From Octopus vulgaris (lineage: Eukaryota), in the NCBI GenBank assembly GCA_951406725.2, contig OX597819.1, positions 62,434,001 through 62,498,000 on the forward strand: a stretch of 64,000 nucleotides of DNA. Direction: 5' to 3'. Below, in pieces: positions 1 through 12,310 of this stretch. Both the position numbers and the translations under genes were made by a program. The number at the start of each line of letters is the position of its first letter. Within the stretch, counting starts at the first letter, position 1. A model generated the notes under the pieces. That model was not told the DNA's origin and ran no database searches. It saw only the letters and a program-made list of their open reading frames with translations.

Positions 1-50
1 TGTATGTATGTATGTATGTATGTATGTATGTATGTATGTATGTATGTATG

Positions 51-90
<40 letters not shown>

Positions 91-122
91 TGTGCGTGTC
101 TGTGTGCTTTTGTGTTTGTCAC

Positions 123-285
123 GCACTCGGGCCTCTCGGGCGGCTCCAACTCCTTCGTTCCTCAGAGCACGCATCCTAGCTCTGACAACGCATCCTTCGT
201 GTATGGCGTTGAAATGTTGGTCGTGGACCAACCTCGTCGCCAGTACGTAGGACGCGATGACAGTTCTAAGTGTCTCTTCTAATTT
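123..285 (-). mobile_element. Degenerate L1/Tx1-like LINE ORF2 fragment
   Basis: Minus frame reads ...LVHDQHFNAIHEGCVVRARMRALRNEGVGAAREARV, resembling the 'G.IIRSR..W...GE' linker between endonuclease and RT of L1/Tx1 ORF2. It is a GC-rich island between (TATG)n and (GATA)n tracts. Confidence 0.45.
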
Positions 286-424
286 CTTAACTAGGTCTCC
301 CTCTATTCTATTTCGGTCTAATGCTAAGGCCTTACTGTACCTCACCGAAAGAAAGATCGATCGATAGATAGATAGGTTGATAGATGATAGATAAATTGAT
401 AGATAGACAGACAGACAGACAGAC

Positions 425-479
<55 letters not shown>

Positions 480-813
480 GAGATAGATAGATAGATAGAT
501 AGATAGATAGTTAGATAATTAGATAGAGAGAGTTCACATCAAGAATACGAAAATGAAATGAAACTAAATTTGCAACCAAACTTTTACTCTTGAGTAAACT
601 ATTCCTGTGGCGTGTTTGAACTCAAATCTTTAAAGCAGGGAGTACTGAGTCGACCATCTCATCTCTGCCAAAATCCAACATTCTGGCAGACGTTCTCATG
701 TGGTTGTAACGACTCGGTGGGGCAAGTATGTCGGAGAAATCTTAGAAGAAATATCGTAACAGCGGAGGTGCTTGTAAGCGGTCGCTCTAGGGTTTGGAAA
801 TAGAAGCTAGCTC

Positions 814-887
<74 letters not shown>

Positions 888-1194
888 ACTCTGTCAGACC
901 GCCGACTAAAAAATATGTAGCCAGCGACTATACATTGGATGATGTAGTCCTAGATACATATATCAAGAAAAATGAAACAATATAAAACTAGAAATAAAAA
1001 AAAAACGCATAGCAAAAAAAAAAATCAAAGCTGGAACGACTGTGATCATTGACCACCACAATCTCTTTGACCTGGGACTAAATAACAACAACAACAACAA
1101 CAGCAGCAGCAAGAATAAGAACAAGAACAATATCTGTTACTTGTAACATGGTACACTGCGTTAATACTCGGAGCAGCATGTTGCGTTTACTGAC

Positions 1195-1401
1195 CTTTGG
1201 GCAAGCATTCTCTTATAGGACAGCATTCGCCTTTCACATATCTTTCAACTGGATGTGGACATCGATTCAAATCTATTTTACTCTCTTGGCACAATGGTTG
1301 ACACAGTATATGTCCCTTCTGGCATACACATCTCTTTTGGCATCCAACGTTCCAGTTTTCTCCGTTCCCGAATGTCATGTTTCCGCTTTCACAATTCTCC
1401 C
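1195..1401 (-). CDS. Exon of FN3/VWC extracellular or cell-surface protein (Sas-like); second VWC domain
   Basis: Poly-T+CAG acceptor (plus-strand ctg 1402-1404), GTCAGT donor, 207 nt, phase 1-1. Peptide ENCESGNMTFGNGENWNVGCQKRCVCQKGHILCQPLCQESKIDLNRCPHPVERYVKGECCPIRECLPK has the VWC pattern (W..C..C.C..G...C...C...CP.P......CC..C). Confidence 0.93.
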
Positions 1402-1511
1402 CTGAAAAAAAAAAAAAAAAAAGAAATCCTTTATTTGTTGCTCAGAGAGGCCTTACACAGACTTACAAAACTTTTAAATATAAACGATTACAAGTAACTT
1501 ATTCGGATCTA

Positions 1512-1821
1512 CAGTAATCCCTTGTCATATCGCGGTTTACCTATCGCGGTTCACTTATCGCGGTTTATTTTTAAGCTTACGCCGATTCCTCCGTGGTGTT
1601 GATTTGCCTTTGTAATAAAATGATATATACAACTAAAAAAAATGATGAAACAAATATAGAATAGGCGCAGGAGTGGCTGTTTGATAAGTAGCTTGTTTAC
1701 CAATCAAATGATTCTGTGTTCAGGCCCACAGCGTGGCACCTTGGGAAAGTGTCTTCTACTTTAGCCCCGGGCCGAGCAAAGCCTTGTGAATGGATTTAAT
1801 GGAAACTGAAATAAGCCCGTC

Positions 1822-1879
<58 letters not shown>

Positions 1880-2243
1880 ATGTATGTATGTATATGTGTA
1901 AGTATGTATGTATATATGTCTGTATGTATGTATGTATGTATGTATGTATGTATGTATGTATGTATGTATGTATGTATGTGTATATGCTTGTCTGTCCCCC
2001 CAGCATAGCTTGACAATCGATACTGGTGTGATTACGTCCCCGTAACCTAGCTGTTCGGCAAAGGAGACCAATAGAATAAGTCCTGGGGTCGATTTGTTCG
2101 ACTAAAGGCCGTGCTCCAGCATGGCCGCAATCAAATGACTGAAACAAGTAAAAGAGTAAAATAGTACTGTACTGTTTCTACTTCGCGGATTTTCACTTAT
2201 CGCAGTGGGTTTTGGAACATAACACCCGCGATAGTCGAGGGAT

Positions 2244-2248
<5 letters not shown>
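1512..2248. mobile_element. Tigger/pogo-like MITE interrupted by a SINE
   Basis: TA-flanked ends CAGTAATCCCT...AGGGATTACT(A) with internal TATCGCGG subrepeats. An uninterrupted copy in opposite orientation is at 53364-53585. Confidence 0.8.
1664..2160 (+). mobile_element. tRNA-derived CORE-type SINE (family A) with internal microsatellite
   Basis: Head GGCGCAGGAGTGGCTGT..TAAG with A/B-box-like motifs, CORE-like GTGGCACCTTGGGAAAGTG, internal (TA)n/(TATG)n, tail GACTGAAACAAGTAAAAGAG. Many copies in the window. Confidence 0.85.
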
Positions 2249-2292
<44 letters not shown>

Positions 2293-2438
2293 AGACAGAG
2301 AAGGGCAAAACCCTAACAAATACATATGACAGTATGAGAAGGATTCACAAAAAAAAAAAACCCCAAAATAAAAGACGAAAACAGGTGGTGTAGACAACAA
2401 ACAGATGTATTAGTATAACGCTCGGAAAGTGAAAAAGT

Positions 2439-2474
2439 CTTTAACGTTTCGAGCCTACGCCCTTCCACAGAAAG
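2439..2474 (-). ncRNA. Variant minimal hammerhead-like motif in a Penelope-like fragment (~2290-2540)
   Basis: Minus strand: CTTT-CTGTGGA-A-GGGC gtag GCTC-GAAAC-GTT-AAAG. Stems I and II pair, but the core has CUGUGGA instead of CUGANGA. It follows a (TA)n tract. Confidence 0.45.
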
Positions 2475-2645
2475 GAACACAGAAAGAAAAAGGAGAGAAA
2501 ATAAAGAATGTGTAGTGGCTAGCGATCTATCATGGCGAAAACAATGGAAAAACAATATCCACAGAGAGATGTAGAAATCGCACCAATGGACAGTTAGGGC
2601 ACTCCAATCTTGTGTGTGTGAGTGTGTGTGTGTGTGTATTTATAT

Positions 2646-2962
2646 GTGGAGGCGAAATGGCCCAGTGGTTAGGGCAGCGGTTTCGATTCCCAGAACCTAA
2701 AACTCCCCGAGGCTCCAGCAGGTGGTGTTGGCAAACCCTGCTGTATTCTTTCACCACAACTATCTCTCAGTCTTTCTTCCTGTTTCTGTTGTACCTGTAT
2801 TTCAAAGGACCAGCCTTGTCACACTCTGTGTCACGCTGAATCTCCCTGAGAACTACATTAAGGGTACATGTATCTGTGAAGTGCGCAGCCACTTGCACGT
2901 TAATTTCACGAGCAGGCTGTTCCGTTGATCGGAACCCTAGTCGTCGTAACTGACGGAGTGTC
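2646..2962 (+). mobile_element. tRNA-derived SINE (family C)
   Basis: Head GGAGGCGAAATGGCCCAGTGGTTAGGGC. The 3' body (CCTTGTCACACTCTGTGTCACGCTGAATCTCC...GACGGAGTG) recurs at 24368-24660 (-) and degenerately near 6225-6395 and 45125-45265. Confidence 0.75.
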
Positions 2963-3249
2963 ACGATATATTTATATATACATATAGGTTTCCACGCAGT
3001 TTCTATCTATGAAATTCACTGACAAGTCATTAGTTAGTCCGAGGTTATAGTAGAAAAGACTTGTCCTACGTGCCGTGGATCGAACCCCAAACCATCTGGT
3101 TGGGAAGCAAACATTAGCACATAGCCATATAAATGTACAGACAGGCAGCTTGGTTGAGATTGGAAAGATGCTTGACTGCTTATAACCATCAGGTCAAATC
3201 AAGTAACTGCGAACAAGCTCCCAGTTTTGTTCGATAATCGTGTTCAAAT

Positions 3250-3652
3250 GCGGCAAGCTGGCAGTATCGTTAGAAGACCGGGCGAAATGCTTAGCGGTAG
3301 TTTGTCTGCGCTACGTTCTGAGTTCAAATTCCGCCGAGGTCAACTTTGTCTTTCATCCTTTCGGGGTCGATTAAATAAGTACCAGTTACGCACTGGGGTC
3401 GATATAATCGACTTAATCCGTTTGTCTGTCCTTGTTTGTCCCCCCTGTGTGTAGCCCCTTGTGGGCAGTAAAGAAATAGGTATTTTGTTTGCCGTTACGT
3501 TCTGAGTTCAAATTCCACCGAGGTCGATTTTGCCTTTTATCCTTTCAGAATCAATTAAATAAGTACCAGTTACGTACTGGGGTCGATATAATCGACTTAA
3601 TCCCCTTGTCAGTCCTTGTTTGTTCCCTCTATGTTTAGCCTCCTGTTGGCAA
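3250..3652 (+). mobile_element. Meta-domain SINE (family B), two modules
   Basis: tRNA-like head plus two copies of the body (CCGAGGTCGACTTTGCCTTTCATCCTTTCGGGGTCGATAAATTAAGTACCAG, Meta-like) with tail 1. Confidence 0.85.
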
Positions 3653-3730
3653 AAAAACTTAATTAAAATTTTTCATAAAAATATCATATTAATTTATTTT
3701 CTAAATACCTAATTTTCTAATTAAATAACC

Positions 3731-4299
3731 CTTTCTATTATAGGTATAAGGCCAGAACTTTTGGGGGTGGGGACTAATTGATTACATCGACCCCCAGAAT
3801 TTCACTGGTACTTAATTTATCGACTCTGAAAGGATGAAAGGCAAAGTCGAGCCCGGCGGAATTTGAACTCAGAACGTAACGACGGGTGAAATACCTATTT
3901 CTTTACTACCCACAAGGGGCTAAACACAGAGGGGACAAACAAGGACAGACACACGGATTAAGTCGATCATATCGACCTCAGTGCGTAACTGGTACTTAAT
4001 TTATCGACCCTGAAAGGATGAAAGGTAAAGTCGACCTTGGCGGAATTTGAACTCAGAACGTAGCAACATGCGAAATACCTATTTCTTTATTACCCATAAG
4101 GGGCTAAACATAGAGGGGACAAACATAGATATAAAGTCGATTACATTGAACCCAGTGCATAACTGGTACTCAATTTATCGGCCCCAAAAGGATGAAAGGC
4201 AAAGTCGACATCGGCGGAATTTGAACTGACAACGTAACGGCAGACGAAATACTACTAAGCATTTCGCCCGGCGTGCTAACGTTTCTGCCAGCTCGCCGC
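3731..4299 (-). mobile_element. Family B SINE, three modules
   Basis: Head at the right end, three bodies, two tail-1 and one terminal tail-2. Inverted relative to 3250-3652. Confidence 0.85.
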
Positions 4300-4740
4300 A
4301 TTTAAATACAAACAAAGATATCTTCTTAAACTTTCCGCTATTTTCAAATTCAATTGAGAGAAATGTAATATATTTCAATTGAAATATAGTAACGAAAGGA
4401 TTAAGGCGGTAGTGAGTGATTTGCAGGTTTGTTAGCTAATTTTGGCAGGCCTAGTTACGTATGATGCAAGGGAGAAAAATCTTGGCTGCTGTAGCGTATG
4501 TCGGCCATTCTCTGCTGTAGCGTTATCGCGGTCATGTTCGCAGAGCACGGATGAAGACTTCAATTGTTCTGAGGTCTCAACTCATTACTCCCTCCCCCAT
4601 ATCTTCTGCTGCTTAATCTCCCCGCTTTTCTCCCCTCTTTTCCCTCTTTGTTTCTTTATAAATATTTTATGATTCAATCTTTACGCAAATAAAACAATTA
4701 ATTACGATAACATAAAGAAACTTTGGAAGCGTCGAATGTG

Positions 4741-4958
4741 TTTTGTATTTTACAGAGAAGGAAGTAATTTATGAACGCTGTATAACTGTGAAAACTGTAG
4801 AAAGATTGGGCTTTTTACCCTTAGAAGACGGGAAAAAGTTGCCGGCAGCCGGCTGGTAACTTTTTCTATCTTTTAAGGCCATAATACCCAATCTTTCTGC
4901 TGTTTTCACAACTACACTGCATTCGAAATTTACTTTCTTATCTATGAAAACAAAAAAA
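4741..4958. repeat. ~215-bp imperfect palindrome
   Basis: Centred near 4848. TGTGAAAACtGtAGAAAGATTGGG (4787-4810) pairs with CCCAATCTTTCTgCtGTTTTCACA (4887-4910), and GAAAAAGTTGCCGGC pairs with GCTGGTAACTTTTTC. Homology extends to T-rich ends on both sides. Confidence 0.9.
4819..4941 (-). CDS. Candidate in-frame cassette exon of the FN3/VWC gene
   Basis: TTTTTTTGTTTTCATAG acceptor, AAGG|GTAAAA donor, 123 nt, phase 1-1 like the flanking VWC exons, no stop ([40 protein letters not shown]). No recognisable domain, and it lies inside a palindrome, so it may be coincidental. Confidence 0.35.
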
Positions 4959-4986
4959 CAAGTGATTATTTCTGATACTCTGAAAA

Positions 4987-5040
<54 letters not shown>

Positions 5041-5043
5041 GTA

Positions 5044-5160
<117 letters not shown>

Positions 5161-5163
5161 TAC

Positions 5164-5198
<35 letters not shown>

Positions 5199-5404
5199 AC
5201 GGATATATAACATAATTCCAAGTTCAAATTCCACCGAGGTCGATTTCACTTTCCGTCCTTCGAGGATCGATAAAATGAGTACCAGTTGCATACTGAGATC
5301 GATATAATCGACTAACCCCACCCCCGAAATTGCTGGCCTTGTGCTAAAATTTGACACCAATACTAGGACTTGTCCGTTATGCGATATAAAAGATTATATT
5401 TATA

Positions 5405-5623
5405 CTCTCTTTCTCTCTTTACTCTTTTACTTGTTTTAGTCATTTTGACTGCGGCCATGCTGGAGCACCGCATTTAGTCGAGCAAATCGACCCCAGGACT
5501 TATTGTTTGTAAGCCTAATACTTATTCCATCGGTCTCTTTTGCCGAACAGCTAAGTTACGGGGACGTAAACAAACCAGCATCGGTTGTCAAGCGCTGTTG
5601 GGTGGACAAACATGGACAAACAT

Positions 5624-5664
<41 letters not shown>

Positions 5665-5815
5665 CACATACATACATACACACACACACACACATATATA
5701 TATACATATATACGACGGGCTTCTTTCAGTTTCCGTCTACGAAATCCACTCACAAGGTTTTGGTCGGCCCGAGGCTACAGCAGAAGACCCTTGCCCAAGG
5801 TGTAACGCAGTGGGA
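5405..5815 (-). mobile_element. Family A SINE (5'-truncated)
   Basis: Reverse complement of the 1664-2160 body and tail with internal (CA)n. Confidence 0.8.
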
Positions 5816-6739
5816 ATAAAACTCTTTTACTTGTTTCTGTAGAATGTAACATATATATTTTTATACATATTTAATTTATGTTCTTTAATATCAGTTCTTT
5901 TTAAGACGGCGAGGTGGCAGAATCGTTAGCACGCCGGGCAAAATGCTCAAAGGCATTTCATTTACCTTTATGTTCTGAGTTCAAATTCCGATGAGGTTGT
6001 CTTTGCCTTTCATCCTTTCGACTTACCCGCTTCCCACGAAATGGCTGGTTTTGTGCCAAAATCTGAAACCATTTTTGGTACTTGTTCGTTGTGCGACATA
6101 AAACATTAGTTAACGTATTGTAAGGGAAATAATCAGAATTCTTGGGGGAAAGCTATGGAAGTTGCGTCCCTTACAAATCAACTTGTTTTCAATATCCTAA
6201 CCATATAAATATATTGTGGTGGTGAACCTCTGTCGTTCGAAGATAGGGTCAGATGTTCGATTAAGTGATTTACCTGCTCCTGAATTAACGTGTTAGTGGT
6301 TGAGTATTCCACTGACTATCGTATCCTCCACGTAATTAAAATATTGCATCCTTCACGTCAATTTATCTGCGTAACAGTGTGACAAGGCTGTGCCTTTTTA
6401 AATTCTAGATACAATCCAGTTACGGGCGTCTACATTCAGCTTCATTAACAAGGAATGCGTCGAGCCAAATCGGGGGTATAGAAAATGAAGCCAGGCTGTC
6501 AGATCGAACCAGAAATACACAGACGCACACGCACACACACACACGTTTTTCAGTGTACATAGAAACATATTTACATACATACTAATCTCTTTCTCTCTCT
6601 CTCTCTGTATTTGATTTGCAAGATTCTTTATGTGGGTTCGTGTGTTGAAGCATATTCTGTTGTGTCTGGGGAGAGTCATTCTCATTTAGTGCCTTATAAT
6701 TTAACATTCTCACCGGTAAAATAAAATTTCCACTCATCT

Positions 6740-6975
6740 CTTTTACTCTTTTACTTGTTTCAGTCAGTTGACTGTGGCCTTGCTGGAGCACTGCCTTTAG
6801 TCGAGCAAATCGACCCCAGGACTTATTCTTTGTAAGCCTAGTACTTATTCTACCGGTATCTTCTGCCGACCCGCTAAGTTACGGGGACGTAAACACACTA
6901 GTATCGGTTGTCAAGCGATGTTGAGGAGACAAACACAGACACACAAACATATAGACACACATACATACATACATT

Positions 6976-7033
<58 letters not shown>

Positions 7034-7175
7034 TACGAGCAAATCCACTCACAAGGCTCTGGTCGGCCCGAGGCTATAGAAGAAGACACTTGCCGAAGGT
7101 GCCACCCAGTGCGACTGAACCCAGAAGCATGTGGTTGGTAAGCAAGCTACTTACCACACAACCACTCCTACGCCT
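6740..7175 (-). mobile_element. Family A SINE
   Basis: Tail CTCTTTTACTCTTTTACTTG at left, head ...CCACTCCTACGCC at right. Confidence 0.85.
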
Positions 7176-7253
7176 ACTTATTTATTTTTCTAAACCATTC
7201 GTTGCGTCTTGCAACCTTTTCAATAGTTGTTGACTATAAATATATATTCATAT

Positions 7254-7339
<86 letters not shown>

Positions 7340-7745
7340 ATGTGTGTGTGTGTGTGTGTGTTCTTTTATTCATTTTCTTGTTTCTGTCATTTGACTGCGG
7401 CCATGCTGGAGCACCGCCTGAATCACCGAATAAATTGACCCCAGTACTTGATCCTTGTAAGCCTAGTACTTATTCTATCAGTATCTTTTGTCGAACCGCT
7501 AAGTCACAGGGATGTAAACACACTAACATCGACTATCAAGCGATGGTCGTGGGACAAACACAAGCACATATACAAATAGACACATACATACATACGTACA
7601 TGCATGCATACATTTATCATATATATATATATATATATGCATACATAGATATATATAGATATATAGATAGATGTTTCCGTATATATATAAGACAAGCTAT
7701 AAATAATGTTTATTACATATTTTTCCTTCACTGGAGTAAAATTTA

Positions 7746-7825
7746 GCTTACGGCTGTTTCCAGCAGCGATCATAGATTCGTTATTGATAGGTTTCTCAAA
7801 AAATTAATGCTTCTTTCGTCAGAGC
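7746..7825 (-). ncRNA. Type I hammerhead ribozyme-like motif with long stem II loop (Penelope-like fragment)
   Basis: Minus strand: GCT-CTGACGA-aAGAAGC...GCTGCTg-GAAAC-agcc-GTA-AGC. Both core boxes are intact and stem I is GCT/AGC. Confidence 0.6.
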
Positions 7826-8066
7826 AATTTATGTAACTTAAAATGATTATTGGAAACATCTGTAAGCCAAATTAACTCCAATAACGGGAAAATATGGAAT
7901 AATGGTTATTATCACCATGTCTTGTACATCACTCGGTATAAAAATCAGGTTGACTGAAGTGCAACCACGGATTTACAATATAGAGTGGTTATGAAATATA
8001 ACCTCGGCCCCTGTCACAAGAATACACGTAGCTCTTTACTCATATACAAAATACTGCTAGCCTGGT

Positions 8067-8655
8067 CTTTTCTACTCTTGGCACACGGGCGAAAAGTTTT
8101 GGTGGAGCGGGGGGTGGGCAATAGATTAGATCGACCACAGGACGCAACTGGTACTTAATTTGTCGACCCCAAAAGGATGAAAGGCAAAGTCGACCTCGGC
8201 GGAAACTGGATATTTAATATTCTTTTCTACTCTAGGCACACGGCCCGAAATTTTGGGGGAGGGGGCCAATCGATTAGATCGACCCCAGTACTTAATTTGT
8301 CCCATAAGGATGAAAGGCAAAGTCGACCTCGGCGGAAATTGGATATTTAATATCCTTTTCTATTCTAGTCACAAAGCACGAACTTTTTGTGGAGGGGGAG
8401 AATCGATTAGATCAACTCCAGTACGCAACTGGTACTTAAATTATCAACCCCCAAAAGGATGAAAGGCAAAGTCGACCTCGGTGGAAATTAGATATTTAAT
8501 ATTCTTTTCCACTCTAGGCACAAGGGCCGAAATTTTGGGGAAGGGTGTGTGTCAATCGATTAGATCGACTACAGTACGCAACTGGTACTTAATTTATCGA
8601 CCCCGAAAGGATGAAAGGCAAAGTCGACCTCGGTGGAAATTGGATATTTAATATT
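8067..8655 (-). repeat. Tandem array of four headless family B SINE 3' modules
   Basis: Four ~135-155-bp units, each ending (plus strand) in the same non-SINE spacer GGAAATTGGATATTTAATAT. Confidence 0.85.
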
Positions 8656-8666
8656 GAAACACTCAT

Positions 8667-9246
8667 AAGGCGGCGAGCTGGCAGAAACGTTAGCACGCCA
8701 GGCAAAATGCTTAGCGGTATTTCGTCTGCCGCTACGTTCTGAGTTCAGATTCCGCCGATGCCGACTTTGCCTTTCATCCTTTCGGGGTCGATTAAATAAG
8801 TACCAGTTACGCACCGGGGTCGATATAATCGACTTAATCCGTTTGTCTGCCTTGTTTGTCCTCTCTGTGTGTAGCCCCTTGTGGGTAGTAAAGAAATAGG
8901 TATTTCATCTGCCGCTGCGTTCTGAGTTCAAATTTCGCCGAGGTCGACTTTACCTTTCATCCTTTCGGGGTCAATAAATTAAGTACCAGTGACGTACTGG
9001 GATCGATGTAATCGACTTAATCCATTTGCCTCTACTTGTTTGTCCCCTCTATGTTTAGCCCCTTGTGGGCAATAAAGAAATAAGTATTTCGTTTGTTTTT
9101 ACGTTCTGAGTTCAAATTCCACCGAGGTCGACTTTGCCTTTCATCCTTTCAGGGTCGACAAATTAAGTACCAGTTGCGTACTGGGGTTGATCTAATCGAG
9201 TGGCCCCTCCCCTACGATTTCGGGCCGTGTGCCTAGAGTAGAAAAA
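8667..9246 (+). mobile_element. Family B SINE, three modules
   Basis: Full head AAGGCGGCGAGCTGGCAGAAACGTTAGC, then body+tail-1 twice and body+tail-2. Confidence 0.85.
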
Positions 9247-9641
9247 TAAGAAGGTCGGTTTGATTCCCAGATCGGGCGCACTGCGTTGTCTCCTGGAACA
9301 AAACACTTCATTTCACATTGCACCTGCCCACTCAGCTGTCAAAGGCTTCCAGCGATTGCCGAGTAGTTGACCCTCTCGTCTCCTTATACGACAAGCTTCG
9401 GCCTTTTGAGTCCTAGGATTCATTGCAGACCTAAGTCTTAGGCCTGTGCTGTTTTTAACATTTGGTTTAAATTTACATTTTAGAGTTTTCATAGCACTGA
9501 TGTATTCGTTTTGAAATAGGTGTTCTTCAGTTTCGGTCTGGTCTCTCTGAACTGGTGTTTCACCGTAATGAATGATTAATTCTCCATCTTCGCAAGAACA
9601 GGCAAATAGATAGAAAGACAGACAGATAGATAGTTAGATAC

Positions 9642-9746
<105 letters not shown>

Positions 9747-9832
9747 AGAGAAAGAGAGAGTAGTAGAGAGATGCAGATGCACTCACATACGTACAAACGC
9801 ATATTCAGACATACTCATACGAACGCATGCAC

Positions 9833-9891
<59 letters not shown>

Positions 9892-10232
9892 AATCTATCT
9901 ATTTGTTTGTTTTTCTGTCTATCAGCGCACATACACATACACCCTCACACTTACATTCGCAAACACACACACATATAATATATACACGTATGCGTTCATG
10001 CTTTTATACATATATGTGCGCATGCACGCAATCGTATATTATGCAGACGCACACGCGCACGCGCGTACGATCTCCCTCTCTCTTTCTTTCCTCATAAGAA
10101 ATAAAAAGCAAACCAAATAAAGAAGCGAAGTGTCTCAGAAACTTTCCAAAAAATAGACAACAAAAGAAAATAAAAAAAAATCTACAAATATATATATAAA
10201 CAAACAATAAAATAAAACCAAGTAAACTTAAC

Positions 10233-10454
10233 TGTCTATAGGTTCGCAAACTGTTGCGTAGCAACACTCTGACTGACCAATCAGTTCCCTCGTACATTTG
10301 AACATAGGGTTGTTTATTTTCGGATTGTGGCGTTCTTCTGGACAAACCGGTTCACATGCGAATTTGCCGTCTGACATACACTTACATATATCTTCACATT
10401 TTACTTCATACAACTGGCCAACTTGGTATGTTTTGCCTTGGAAAATACAACCAG
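10233..10454 (-). CDS. Exon of FN3/VWC protein; first VWC domain
   Basis: TTTTCTCAACAG acceptor, GTTAAG donor, 222 nt, phase 1-1. Peptide GCIFQGKTYQVGQLYEVKCEDICKCMSDGKFACEPVCPEERHNPKINNPMFKCTRELIGQSECCYATVCEPID is a VWC domain. Confidence 0.92.
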
Positions 10455-12310
10455 CTGTTGAGAAAATATAAATGTAGCCATTCGTTACTTTGGTATATTT
10501 GTAAACAACTTATAAATGCATCACTGAAAAATAAAGGCATTACTGACATCCAGTGTAACGATTTATAACAGGTGGAGACAATCAATCGCCCGCATTGAAA
10601 ATATACCGTCGCCCGCTGACAGTTTTATAAAACCTTTGTATCGAACTAAATATATTGCGGCATTTATTCCAGTTTCCTGAGTTCGAATCTTGCCGATGGT
10701 AACTTTGTCGGTCAATCTTCTACGGTCGATAAATAAAGTACAAATCGTGAGTGGTATACTGGAGAAAATATTGTAGGGTCATGCAGGATGTCTTTCAGTA
10801 TGTGTTTCACCATTCTTCGCATTCTAATTTCAATTCCAGGTCGTAGACATCTAAGGTGGCAGGGAGATTTAATCCTTCGTCCAATTCAAAACCACCACTG
10901 GATCTTTTTCGTTTTCTTCCTGCCACTCATATTTTCTCAAATTTTATTCTGAAAATTTTCCAAAAATATACTTCTGATGTAGTTTTGCTTGCTGATGATA
11001 AAAATGGTATTCATTTTCCCGATATAATAAAGAAGTGAAAACCATTTCGATTTACGTATTTTTAGCCAATGAATTTCCTCCCAGCGGAAATGGAAACCGT
11101 GAGGACACTGAACTCGTTTGATTTGACTAAATTTACGCAACTTTAAATACTTCTAACTTCTAATTTTTGAATGTGATTTTCGTCATCACTAGTGTGGAAA
11201 ATTTGAAAACGATCAGTTGAAAATTGAAAAATCTTCTGTATGAAAACGAAAGGGATTCACACCACTGGTCCATTTAGTAATTTTGACGGCATCGGGTCCG
11301 TACTGTTGCTGTCATTCGGACTAAGTCTCTGGCAGGAGGACACCTTCTTCCTTCTTTCATAAACTTGGAAAGGCCTGTAAAGGTTAAAGAGTACTGATCT
11401 TCCCTCTCGTCAAACATGTATGATACATCCCTGTATTTTAGTATAAGTAAAGATAAATTATTTGGAGCAAATTATTAAGGGTATTAAGAGCTTTGCCTTT
11501 ATAGTAAGGTTTAGAAGAGTAAGAAAGATTTAGGTCAAAAGTTTGGGTTGAGGTTTTCGTGTTACTGTATAGATGTTTAGGTTAGAGATTTGTACTACTC
11601 TTGATGCAAGCTCCTGGATGTGAGATCGGATTTAGGGATGGTGCTTAGGGTTCAGTTTCAAGTTTAGATTTTAAGAATAGTCAAAATGTTTAGATTTTGT
11701 GTTCTCCACATAGATGAACCCTTTAAGATTCTTATGCAAGTTGGTGCTAGATTATTGGTTTCAAATATTGGCACAAGACCAGCAATTTCAGGGATGGGGG
11801 CTCTTCGATTACATCGACATCCCCCAATATTTAACTGCTACTTATTTTATCGATTCCGAAATGACAAAAGGCAAAGTCGGCAGAATTTGAACTCAGAACG
11901 TAATGACGGATGAAATGCCGCTAAGCATTTTGTCCGGCGTGCTAACAATTTGGTCTGCTCCCTGCCTTACGGGTCCTAAGACATTGGAGTAGTGTACTGA
12001 GGGCTAAGAATCCTGTTTAGAGTTTTGCATTTATTGTAAAAATGAATTTAAGCTTAGAGTATTTAATCTTTAAGTGAGAGTTAGGTTTAGATTGAGATTT
12101 TAGTATTTTACGGTTGAGAATTAAGGATTTGCGGATTTGTATTATTGATAATGCCGGAACTTAGGTTTAAGATCGGATATAAGGTTTAAGGCTTAAGTTT
12201 AGAATTTAAGAATAGCAATAAGGTTTTGGGTCTGCAAAAAAGTTACAGCTTTACTGGTTTGCATATAACGAATCTATTATATTAAAAGATGATCGATGAA
12301 AGCTTGATAC

